Source: Entomortierella parvispora E1425 | Lineage: Eukaryota; Fungi; Mortierellomycota | Assembly (NCBI GenBank): GCA_020891255.1 | Contig: BQFW01000013.1 | Location: 434,001-498,000, forward strand | Direction: 5' to 3' | Length of the DNA stretch: 64,000 nt | Shown: piece after piece, positions 49,207 to 61,100 of the stretch | Numbering within the stretch: position 1 is the first letter of the stretch | How the letters are laid out: each line of letters begins with the position of its first letter | Notes under the pieces: generated by a model | Seen by the model: the letters and a program-made list of their open reading frames with translations, nothing else | Told to the model about the DNA's origin: nothing | The model's database searches: none | Position numbers and translations under genes: made by a program

Positions 49207-52137
49207 TTATTCTCCATGTCCAAGACCTCTGCGTTTGGCACGCATGACGGCCTCGATCGGCTGAGTGATACCCTCGCCCGAAGCACCGAGGCCCACACCT
49301 GGCGACCAACCCATCTTGGAAAGCATGCGATGACCCAAGTTCTCGGTTGAGATGGCAGAAGCCTCTGCACCGACGACAGTGCCGTGGGGTGCAGCCATCG
49401 ATCCTCCTCCACCTCCACGGGCCTTGCCCTTGTTGAACTTTGAGGAAGGAGAGGGGCCTCCAGGTGAGTTCCTATTACCGCGTCCCTGCGACTGCAAAAT
49501 CTGTTGCAGATTCGACTTGATCTCGTTTTCGGATTGCTGCAAGAGTCGAGTCACATTCATGGGGTTGACGGGCATCCGGGTACGATCTGTCTTGATCAAA
49601 ACTGGGAATCTGCGCTTGCCAGAACCCACACTCTGCGATCGGAGGTTGTAGTGGTTGCACAACAGATGCACCTTGCGCCGTAATGGCTTGGGCATGGGAG
49701 CAAGACTAATGTTATCCACCGTCCTATCGTTGACAAACTCTTCGATTGTTCTAATGGACAAAGAAAATAAAATGTCAAGATACGAAGCCAGGTGAGAACA
49801 AGCAACAATGCAATTCATAGATATTCTTACCTGTTAATCTCCATAAGAGATTCAAAACTGCCGCCATGGGGCTCCTTCTTGTTCTTGTTCTTCTTTTTGT
49901 TTCCTCTTCCAGAAACACCGGCCAAGAACTCCTCATCTGACTCGTCGAGGACATAGGTATCATAGCCCTTGGCTCTTCTAGCCTTGTTGTTATTCCGGGG
50001 CTGTCCATCGCCTTCCTCCAACGCGCCCGATCGCCAAAGAGGCATCAGATCCTGTAATTCCTCTCTTAACAGATCGTCCCTCTTTCTGTTCTTACGTTTG
50101 TCATTGGCCGAGGCTGCCACCTTTGAGAAGTTGAGCTTCTTGTATCCATCAGTGTAATCGGTTTCAAAGTCAAAGTCATCACTGTCATCCTCGGATGCTT
50201 GCTGTTCATAGTCAGAATCGTCAGCGTTCTCGCCACCCAAGTTGTTCGAGTGTCCCATGCCACCAGAGTGAAGTCCCTTGAGCGCACCGAGCAAGGAGTC
50301 AAAGCCATCTGGGTTGTCTGGATCCATTGTGTTCTAATGTCCATTGAAAAGAGGTTCAAAGATTTAGCATTAAATTTCTTATGGAGTCGGGTGGCAAAGA
50401 GTCCAAATTGCCTTACCTGAATGTAATCCTCCAAGGCCAGCATGTCATCGTCTTCATCCTCGCTAGGTTCATCCAGATAGATCAGACCATCGTCGTCATG
50501 GCCAACAACAAGTTCTTTGTTGTGCTTCTCCTTCATTTCTCTCTGTTTCCTGCCTCCACGCTTGGATCGATGTGCCTTCTTTCTAGGATTCAAGCCAAAG
50601 GACTCCTCGATCGGCAAGGTAACGTATGTCTCTTGCTCTTCGATCAACTCTGCAACAGTGTTCATATCCGGGGTCGTGTCCATGAACCATAAAGGTGCAT
50701 CTCCATTACTTGTGTCCTTGTTCTTGGACATTTTTCCATCGTCCGCCACAGGAACCAAGGGCATCTCTACGTTGGTAGTTGTATCCATAACCCATCCAAC
50801 AGTCGTCGTCACCCCCTCAGCATGACCAGCAGTACTAAGAGGCATCCTTGTCGTCTTCTGTGCATCTGCGCTATGCTCCGTCGTGATCGTCGTCGCCATC
50901 GAGGTAATTGTGGGGGAGGGTTTTGATTTCTTGTTCTGATGTCCATTCGACTGGACTGAGGTCGTGCTGAGAGCAGAGAGAGGTCGAGAGCCTCGGTTGA
51001 TTTCCTCCGCCTCCATATCAAAATCGTGTTGATCGTCCAGAGTACCCATGAAATCTTCTGATTGTGTCATCGCACTCTCCATCATGGACATGGACGACAG
51101 AGCCTCCAAGGGTGCTGCGGTATTGCTGATCAAATCTGAAATGACAGGCGCCTTGGACTTTTGCTGTTGAGCGGCTGTGGCAGCTGCGTTCCTACGATTT
51201 TGGTCTGTTTCTTCCTCGATCCAGTTGAATTGTTGCATCAAAATCTCGTCTCCTGACTCATCATCTGGTTCAAAATCGAGGTTAAAAGAGCTACATGTCA
51301 GCTATCCGGACCTTTTCCAGAAAACCCGCCATCATGGAACTATAAGGGAGGGGTTCACTCACCAGAGTCAAGGCCACGGTCGATCAAGTCATCGTCGTCG
51401 CTATCGTCTGATTCATCATCACTGCCAAACTCCAGATCCTCATCCTCGTCGTCGTCATTTTCATCCTCGTCGTCATCTCCGTTCCTGTTCCGACGATGCT
51501 GTATCGATGGATCAGTCAAATGAGAGGCTCTATTGAACATGACTTGAACAGGATCCCGCCTGTTCTTGCCCCGTTGGTTGTTGCCGGAAAAAGAATTTGA
51601 TCCTGCAGCTCCCGCCTGCTGATAATGCTCTGGAGGAGGCCAAAAGAAATGCTTCGAGTTTTTGCCGTTGCCATTTTGTTTGGGGGGAGGAGGAGGAGGG
51701 CGATAACCTCCAGCGCCATTTCCACTGCCGCCTCGGTGTCCCTTGGCAGCCTGGATTTTTCTGTAAATGTTCTCTTCTGTTGATCTTGGACGACGTTGGT
51801 TTCCTATGATCAACCAAAACAGACAAAAAAGAAATGTCAGGATCCTAGTCTTTTTTTTGCTTGGCACAAAACCACAGATTGACCAACGATCCATCCATCT
51901 GGAAAGCGGAAGAATACAGATCTGTGTTTCCATTAGAAATTAAAAAATAAAATGGAACAGTTGCAACATACGTCCAGAGAAGGAGATAAAGTCGTCGTCG
52001 TCTGCAAAGCCATCGCCAGAAAAGTCGCCAGTGTAACCTCCATAGGCCTTTGATCTGAACTGTCCACCGCCTCGACCGCCGCCGCCACGTCCTCGTCCGC
52101 GACCTCCACCTCCGCCTCTTGAGCCTTTCTTGGGCAT
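49207..52137 (-). CDS. SQS1: G-patch and R3H domain protein (Sqs1/Pfa1-like), 4 exons
   Basis: N-terminal RGG run; acidic low-complexity middle; R3H LAPMPKPLRRKVHLLCNHYNLRSQSVG; C-terminal G-patch ENLGHRMLSKMGWSPGVGLGASGEGITQPI..KRRGLG. Confidence 0.85.
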
Positions 52138-52850
52138 AGTATTAGTCTTGTCTTGGTTGTTAGGGTGCCCGGAGTTGGGAATGAGTGAGGGCAATGCAAC
52201 AATGATGAGCAAAGTGAGCTGTCTCTAGATGAATGAAAGGAATGCAAGTGAGGAGAAAGGGCAAAGAGGGGTCGAGGCCGTCCCTCGTTTGCCCTTTGGC
52301 AAAGAAAAAAAAACTGAGGAACTGCGGCGGTCATGTGACCTGACTGCTTTTCTACATGCAATTTGTGCGTCCATCCCCAGGTGGTCTTTCACCGCAGTTT
52401 GCCAGGGCAGGCCGCAGTGGACAAAGAGCGTCCGCCCCGCAGTTTCGAAGGGCCTTCAAGGACAAGAGCAGAGTCGAGCAGAGATGGCATGGTTTGTTTG
52501 AAAGGCGCGTAGGTGTGGCGTCGTTTGGCTCTGCTCTCTTTCTTTGTGGTTGTTTCCCTAGTCCTAGGAAAGAAGGAGCGGCGTGTGTGTACTGTGTAGC
52601 GTGATGTTGGGCCATGCCACGGCAGGGACAAGAAACAACAAAATGGACACCAGACGAGACACAGAATCAAACTTCTTTCCCAGGCCCTTTGAGAGCATCC
52701 GCGAACTCTCCCGCGCCCTGGCTTGGAGAAACGAGCCTTGTTTCTCTCTTGCTCCTGTTCATCCTTCTCTTTTGTTCCTCTCATCCTGTTCATCCTCACG
52801 GTCGTGTGCTCCCTCTTGTTCTGCAGCTTGATCTCAACAGTCTGAGCATC

Positions 52851-55155
52851 ATGGAAGTCGACGCCCTCACTATCGTCCTCACCATCGCCATTGCGGTGGT
52901 TCTTGGCTACATCAAATTCAACAAGTCTGAGCCTGATGTCCATCCTCTCTTGTTGCAGCAGCAGGCATCTGTCACGCCCATCCGCTGCGAGGGCGAGTCT
53001 GCTATCCATCGCTCAAAGTCTGTCCCTCACGGGTCTCCGTTGTCCAAGCAGCCCAGCGAAAAGGTCAAGACCTTGTACGATGTGTGGCAAGTCGGATCGG
53101 CCATCAACCCTACAGGACGCGCACTGATGTATATGATCCAGAACCAGTTTGGCTACACGGATGTAAGAACCCGGTCGACAAAGTCGTCGTGGAGAAAAAG
53201 AAACAGGCGCGGCACTGTGCAATGTGCTTGGACTCTTGCACTAACATTTGAAATTGGGTCCTTCTCCACATGTTTTGATCGAAATAGACCACCTACGGTA
53301 CGACCTCTTTCTCTGCGTTGGGACCTTGTGGACAATGACGACAAAAAGAACGACAGCTGATTAGACCACACGCGCCTGCATTTCATTTGTGTTTGAACAG
53401 AACAACTCGATAGAAAGATTGCAGGATTTGGAACAAGTCTGATCAAGGAGACTGGGCTCAAACCAAAGACTGAGACCCCCATTGGCCTTCTTACCCAGTA
53501 CACCCAAGGCAAGCTTCAAAGCAGACGGATGATTGCCTCAATGGAGAATGCACTTTACAAAATAATAGGAGGCTAACACGGATTTTTACAGAGTCCTTTG
53601 TGGCGCAGCAGGCATTCTATCGATACAGCTTTGTCACCGTCCCTATTCACGACTTGCGAAACAAGGATTTGCTGATTGATATCGCGAACCAGACAAAGAT
53701 GAAGGTCTTGGTGGCGACTCATAAGGTCTTACCTCTGCTGTTGCCAGCCTTGAAGGAGTGTCCCTCTATCAAGACCGTGATCGTCATTGGAATCTACATC
53801 TCGGAGCAACAAAAGGCAGAGGCGGCTCAGCACAATGTGAAGTTGCTCAAGTTTGCGGACATGGAGTATCAAGGAGCTTCTAACCCTCTCCCAGCCGTTA
53901 AGCCTGACCCAGAGGACCTCGCTATGATCAACTACAACACAAAGTCGACCAGCCTTTCCAAGGGCGTTATGTTGACTCACGCCAATTTGGTTGCTGCCAT
54001 GACCGCATTTAACCTATCGTTGCCTGGTCCCAGAAAGTTTACAAACAAGGATCGTCTCTTGTCTCATTTCTCTATTGGAGATGTGATTGCAGTCTGGATG
54101 ACCGGCGCTATCATCTTGGCTGGCGGTTCAATTGTTTTCCCCTCTGGATTGATGAAGAATGTGCTCCATGACTCTCAAGCGACGACACCCACAGTTTTCG
54201 CAAGGTATGAAACTCTATTTCCAACGGATTGGAAAACCACCCGTATTATCATTGCAAGCGTGCTCACTGTTTTCTTGTATTCGTTGTTACCTTTACAGCA
54301 CACCAGTGATTTTGGAAAAGATACAGGAGGCGCTTCAGTTGACCTATGGACAGGGATCAATGTTTAGGCAGGCGTATGCGTCCAAGTTGGCGCTGTTGAG
54401 GAATAACCGGGTCACCACCACAAGCCTTTGGGATTTCATTGGGCTGGGAGAAGTGCGAAGCAGATTGGGAGGCAAGGTCAAGTTGATTGTGACAACAAGT
54501 AAGATTCCATTCATTCCCTATTAACTGTTTCTCATGTATCAATGAACGCGTGATTAACAGGCTCTGACCATGCAAAAAATAGATCCAACCAAGGCCGACA
54601 CCATTGAATATATTCGCGCTGCAATGGGTATTCATGTTATCAGCACCTACGGAAGAACCGAGACCTCCGGCATCGTGACCAGTCGCAACATGTATGATTA
54701 CTCTAACACGCCGCAGCTGGGTGCTCCCGTGGGCTGTAACGAAGTGAAGCTCATTGATGATGAGGAAAGTGGGTACAGCTGTTCTGATGAACCCAATCCA
54801 CGGGGCGAGGTAAAGTGTAGAAAAAGGAAAAAAGAAGAGCAGAAGTCCTCAGAATGTGTTACTGTTCTTTTTCTCAAAGCAAGGATGATCATCTATCCCT
54901 CAAGGTCATCCGATATACTAACCGGGAAAATATCCATCTCATTCCTTTTTGTCGGCGATCTAGATTCTTATCCGTGGACCTAACGTCATGAAGGGATATT
55001 TCAAAAAGCCTAATGCAACATCAGCGGCATTGGATCAAGACGGCTGGTTCCATTCAGGAGAGCTGGGATCTTTTCATGCGAACGGTACCTTGGAACTGTT
55101 GGGAAAGAAGAAGAAGAAAAAGACTGCCAAGGATTCCTCCCCTGGGCAGGAATAG
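52851..55155 (+). CDS. Membrane-anchored long-chain acyl-CoA-synthetase-like protein, C-terminally truncated with degenerate P-loop; 7 exons including a 10-nt micro-exon and a GC-AG intron
   Basis: N-terminal TM, PDVHPLLL, VTVPIHD, KGVMLTHAN, LSHFSIGD, YGRTETSG, GAPVGCNEVKL, RGE|ILIRGPNVMKGYFK and DGWFHSGELG; stop at 55153-55155. Confidence 0.85.
53288..53297 (+). other. 10-nt micro-exon (ACCACCTACG) of the ACSL-like gene
   Basis: Flanked by TAG at 53285-53287 and GTACGA at 53298; needed to keep frame between the exon ending at 53162 and the exon starting at 53401. Confidence 0.75.
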
Positions 55156-55862
55156 AGATTGAGATGACCTAGAAAATGGGGGGCGAGGTTGACCTTAGGG
55201 GGGGAAACAAAAAGGCGTGAATGGTATGAACTAGGATCGATGGGGCTCCAACCACATTTCTAGGACGACAAGATGGACAAACACAACAGGTCCTTTTTCA
55301 CAGTACCCCGTTCTGATCTGCTCCTCGAGGGAAAAAAAAAGCAGTAGGTCAGAGCGGGTCCCGGCTTTGAACCGCCTAGAAACGTGGTATACCCGTCAAA
55401 ACAAAATATAAAGTTATCCCGAGCCCCGAGGAGAGAGACAGAGGAGATGCGGCCTTGAAGATGAACGTTCATCGCCGTGCTGTTATTATTTATTAGCATT
55501 TGTCATCGCACCGTTGGAGAGAATGGGCTGGGCAAGGAGGTCATTAAAAAAGGGGGTTGTGGCCATGATGTTTTTGTTGGCTGTCAGGAGACCCGGCCAG
55601 GCTTGGTTGGAGGTGTGTCGTGTTTAGCCTTTTGAGCTTGGCTGGTAGTTGAGCGATATATTTTTGTCTTTTTCGGAAGGAGATCAAGGCTCTGGATCTG
55701 CCGGAATGGTGGTTGTGGGGGGGGGGACGATAGCTCTGTCCAGCCTGTTATGCACGGTGTAGGGTCACAGAACGAAATGAATGCAGCATGGCGAGGGTTC
55801 GTCAGTCCAGTAGAATGTTGTCAATGCATTCAGGGAGAGAGAAAACAAGGAGAAAGGTACCC

Positions 55863-55880
55863 AAAAAAAAAAAAAAAAAA
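55863..55880 (+). repeat. A18 homopolymer, intergenic
   Basis: Read directly. Confidence 0.85.
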
Positions 55881-56250
55881 GGAAATGCGAGTGCTTGTTG
55901 GGACAGACTGTTGACAGACCATTGGACCAAGATGAGAAACGAAGAGAGAGGAGAAGGAGCGAAGCGGATCATCTCCAGGTTGATTGTTGACATGTTGTGT
56001 TTCTCACCGTTGTTTTGCTCACCGTGCATCTCGGCCGTTTCTCTTTTTTCATTTTTGGAATGAACGGAAAATAAACAGCAAAGCGATTATTGTAAAAAAA
56101 AGTGCTCCTCCTTTCTCGCCTCTTCGTCTGTGACCATTCATGAGCCTCCATGGGCAAGGTTGAAGGATCCATTTAAACAAAAGGGGGGAATGAGAGTGAC
56201 ACTCGTGGTATTCCCGGAAAAGGAGACAGAAAAAGAGAGAGTAGGAAGCG

Positions 56251-56268
56251 AGAGAGAGAGAGAGAGAG
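56251..56268 (+). repeat. (AG)9 microsatellite
   Basis: Read directly; lies within an AG-rich tract. Confidence 0.85.
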
Positions 56269-56974
56269 GACAGGGGGGCAAAGGAGAAGGGGAGACAGCG
56301 CGATCAGCCCTCGGTGGGTGCCTGATCCAATCGAGTGGACACACACAGCTTTGCGCGGGGAGAGCGGATGGACAAACCGAACAGACGGACGAATGGGCGA
56401 ATGGACGAGCACGCGCAAAGGGAGCGATCTGGACCCGAGGTCGAAAATAAGAAGCCATCTGGACGCGACCAGAAAAAACAAGACGCGTGTCGGCCAGTAG
56501 AGGAGGACAGGAAGATGATTGTGGTTGAAGAAAGAGAAGGCGCAAAGCAAGGTCCAGTGGGGAAGTGGGGAAGGAGAGCCAGCAGAGGGACAGATCGCGT
56601 GCAGAGCAGAATGGTGGGTTGAAGGTTGGTTTAGGGTGGGGGGAGATGGAAGGGAGTCGATTTTGGAAGAGATACGCGCTCGAGGGTACCAAGGATGCAC
56701 GGTGCAGGCAGGTTGCATGTTGCATGTTGTTAATGTTGTGGATGCTGTTGGAGGATATGATGCCATGCCATGACGAACACGACCAAAAGAGAGAGAGGAG
56801 AGAGAGAGCAAAGGACCGACGCTGTCTGTCTGTCTCCTCTTTGCCCCCCTGCACGCATACGACCATGCAGTCGGATGTGCATGTTGTTGTTATTGTTGTT
56901 GTTGCACGCGCACTCGTTGTCTTTGTTTCTTCTCTCTCTCTCTCTTCTCTTGACGCTTTCTTTCTCTTGACTTT

Positions 56975-56996
56975 TCTCTCTCTCTCTCTCTCTCTC
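56975..56996 (+). repeat. (TC)11 microsatellite in the CT-rich upstream/leader region of the RasGAP gene
   Basis: Read directly. Confidence 0.85.
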
Positions 56997-58164
56997 CTTG
57001 TGTGCTCTTCAAACCTCTCGTTATCTTCACATCTCTTTGCCGTTGCTTCCTCTCTCCTCCTTATTCTCGTTCCTCTCTCTCTCTCTTCTTCCCTCCTCTT
57101 TTCTATCTCTTTCGTTCTCATCACTCACTCTGCTTCATTGCATCCGTGCATGTATGCAATCCCAACTCGCCCCAACTCCCTCATTCGCTCTCATTCTCGA
57201 CCCTGCTCGCTTCCTTGCTCTCCGTTCCTGACAACTTGACAACTCTTGATCCCGTGTACGTTTTTGTCCGCCTCTCTTCCTCTCCTTGACGTCTACTCCC
57301 TCTCGTCTATCGCTCCCCCCTAAACTGCCTTTCAGGATCGCCACCACCCGGCCCGTTACTTCCCCTTTGACTGCTCTGCGCAACGGTCTCCCATTGCCAC
57401 GCTCATTCCTCCCCTCGGCTGTCCTCATTCCATTCCACAGCCAGACCCTTTATTCCTTTTCTTTCTTTGTTCCATTTTCTATTTCGTCCGACCCTGGAGC
57501 AACCACCTTTCCCTTGGACTAACGCTCGCCTCGCCTTTGCTTTTGCTGCTGTCCTCTGCTCTGCCACACGACAGACAGTGCTTTTGACAGGAAGACAGGA
57601 ATAGAACCCAACCATACCGAGTCCCTAACGGCCCCTCCTTGGCGACAGTGCCCTTGACCCATTGCAAGCATACTCAGCCTGTTTGATTGCTCCATATACC
57701 CTTCTCCCTCAGCCTTGTTGCTTTGCTTTGCTCCTGCTACTGCCTGCCCACCTGTTTTTCTCTCTCTTTTTGTGCAGAGACCTCTGTACCCTTCCTTGTC
57801 CCTGAATACTCGACGTTCTCTTCTCAGTTCGAACGCCCTCCTCCCCATCCACCCTGTATCTGGTTCCAACAATCACCAAACAGACGGACGACTCGGGAAC
57901 TGGTCCCACAACAGCAAAACGACAGAAAGAAAAACCGCCGAGGATCTGTGCAGTCATTGCTTGCCCTCTTCTTTCACTCAACATTGCCGTCGACTTGTCC
58001 TCCCCCTCTTCCCCCTCTCCTTCTCCCACTCCCTCTCCTTCTCTCTCCATCTTTCTCCAATCCCACTTTCTCCCTCTCCCTCTCCCTCTCCTCAAGTCTG
58101 CAAGAGTGATTGACTCCTGTTCTTTTATTGGAGACACCCTCCTCTCTCCTACCTCTCTCTCTCT

Positions 58165-61100
58165 ATGAGTGCTGGCGCAGATCCCAATGAAGGCGATTAT
58201 CTTGACTACCAAGATTTAACCTTGCCTTTAGATGCCCAGCTCATCTTTGATGCGCCTCCGCAGCATTTCCAGGCCGTCGTCTACGTAAAACGGCAACACG
58301 AGTTGCTCGATGCTGCTATCCATTGCTGGATCGGAATGGCTCGAGAATGTCAAAAAGCAGGTAAAGAGCAAACAAAAGAAAAGATCAGTGAGGAACCACT
58401 GTTTCTCTAAAATATCCAATCAGGCACACCATCCACAGGATTTTGGGACAGGGTAAAAACAGGGAAAGGCACAAGATCATGAATATCCCCTCCGCGGCAG
58501 CAGCTGTTGTCTATCGTCGCTTCAATATGCCCTTCCTCTTCTCTTCCTCTCTTCCACCCTCTTTCTATTTCTTCCCCCTTCCTTTTCAAACTGGTATTGC
58601 TTGCTGCAATTGTTCTGTCAGACAAAACAAGGGAAAAAAAACGCGAAGAATGGCCGATGGGCGAACAAAAAAAAAAAAAAAAAGAGCGGGAAAAAGAAGC
58701 ACGGTCGCGACCCTCTAATGTTTGCTTACCCAATGCTCGAACAACCTACCATGGGCAAGGATAGACAGACGGGAGAGAAGGGAAACAGCGAGGGATCATG
58801 TTTGTTATCCCAAAATTGGCCTGTTGGTTCAATGGTTCTATGGGCTGAGGTGTTTGGGGCTGGGGGATTGTGGTTTCTGCGTTGAATGGATGACAGATGG
58901 CTTCGGTGTCTTTGGTGCTCCTCAATGGTGCCAATGGTGCCAATTCTAGATCAATCGTTTTTTAACCATCAGCACCACTGCCTTCCTGTTGCATGCTAAT
59001 GGCCATTCGTCCTATCTGCGGTAGACTCTTTGCCCGATCTCGAAAACCAGATCTCGCGCCTGGCAGAAGGCGCAGCGCGGGGACCGGATGGGAAAGTATT
59101 AGAAGGTAGGTTCTCTCTCTGTTTTGATCTCGTACACTCTGTCCTCCGAGGGGAAAGGGCAAAAGGCCGCAATGCCTCGATCATTTTTTGCTTCCTCACA
59201 CCCGTCTCTCGGGGGAAGAAACGGGGGCGCGACGAGCAAAAAAAAAAAAAAGAAAAAGAAATGAAAAACATGGACTGTTCTGCTCCTGATGCTGTCAACA
59301 CCACCCCACCGACAAAACAAACCGCATAACAGACATCGATCGGCATGGACCTGTGTTTCTTTTCACTATTTCTTCAAGTTGAAAAGGACGGTTGACACGC
59401 GTGGGATGCAGGACGGGGGGTCGGGAGGTGGTTTATTCATGCAGATCAGTCGACTGCATGCGCCAATGAGCCTGTTTTGGGGTGGTGGTTGTTCAACGGT
59501 CCGTCGTGTTGTTTTTTGATTCCTATCGTCCTGGATCTTTCAACGGCTGAGTTAAGTCGAACACAGCAATAACACTCCAGAACAGAGGCAGGAAATGAAT
59601 AGAAGACAGGAAAGAGGGCGAGAAACAGGGCTCTTTGAGAACAGGGATTCGCTTGTGTCTATTGTTTACTTTGAATGCATGATGTTAATGAAAGTCATGC
59701 CTGCCTGCACACACATTTCTTAAGTTCATAATTCATTTCCAGGCTACGAGTCGAGAGAAGAGAGAAGGGCAAAGAGAAACGATGTTTGTTGACATGTTTC
59801 TTTCATGCGAGGTTGTTCGTCTGTTGGGGCGAGAGGGGACACAAACGACAAAGGGGACAAGCGGACAGGGGGTTTGGGGGGGGGGGTAAGTTCCCCAATC
59901 GCCCTCTCTCCTTCCCCTGGATCATTTGTTTTTGTATCTGTTTGGCTTGCAGCTCGTTGAAGGTCGGTTTGTTGGTGGTGGTGAAAGATAGTGGTGGTGC
60001 TCAGCTCTCGGATTTATTATTTTCATTCTAGTTTGCCTCACCCCTGAACCAAACTCCAACCCCTACCTTTGCCATGAGGCCTTTATACTAACTTCAATGC
60101 AACATATTCTTCACTCTTTGCTCTTGCACTCATTCCAATGCACCCACACACTCACGCGTGCACCCTCTGTCTTACTTTGGCGTTAATGTTGACAAGTCCG
60201 TGGAAGCAGTTGGACACATCAACAACGTCTCATGCAAGCTCTTCTCTCTATGGGTCCGGACTTTCAACAATGCCCACTTGAACTGCTACCCACAGTTCTC
60301 GAGTTTTTAGAACCCATGGTTCTAGGTGAGTCTATTGCTTTTCATATTTTTCGTGCCTGAACGTTGATTGCGCTCAGGGTTCATTTTGATGATTAAAGTT
60401 GGGGCTTGGTCTTGACGGACTCGTTGAATCTCTTTCTCTTCACTTTCTATCCTTCTCCTTGTCTCCTCCTAAAAACAACAACCACACAGACCCGATCCAG
60501 GAATGCTGTCTGACCATCGAAAAGACGATAAAGGTACAAAGAATCCTCCGGGGGATTACTCATTCCACACGTTTCAGAGAACAGAAGGGAGGATGAGAAT
60601 CAAAAAACACATACTTATGTCCTATTACAACTTTAGGTTGCCAAGCTCTATTGTCGGCAAGCAATCAAGCTGTTTGAGAATGCTATCCAAAAGTACCATG
60701 CAACCCCTGGCAAGCAAAGAAACGATGGATCGAACGAGGTAAAAGTGTGGTCTAGCGTCAAAAGAGAGATTGAATTGGGCGAAGTGTCCGGACATGGAAA
60801 TGAGATTGATCATACCACAAACCTAACTCTTTCTTTCCCTGTTCTTTCTCTTTGAAATTGACACAGCGTCAAATAGCTCAGTCGGTGTTTGATACCAAGC
60901 GAGAGATGTGTAAGGCGATCTATGCTTTAAGTGGTACTCTGAATCTGGCCATTGCATTCAAGGAGACATTTATCTTGGAGAGGGTAACACTGCATGTTGT
61001 CAAGGTTGTATGTACCAAAGAGTTTTACAACACAGTGGTGCGAAGAGCTAACTATCCTCATTTTCCTCGCTCTAAAACAACAACATACTAGACAGATGTA

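Noticed and set aside
55460-55473. 14-bp perfect palindrome GATGAACGTTCATC
   Set aside because: About four such palindromes are expected by chance in 64 kb, and there is no supporting context
56138-57239. Long ORFs of 212-328 aa on both strands
   Set aside because: They translate CT/AG microsatellite-rich leader sequence (poly-LS/RE) with no domain motifs or codon bias
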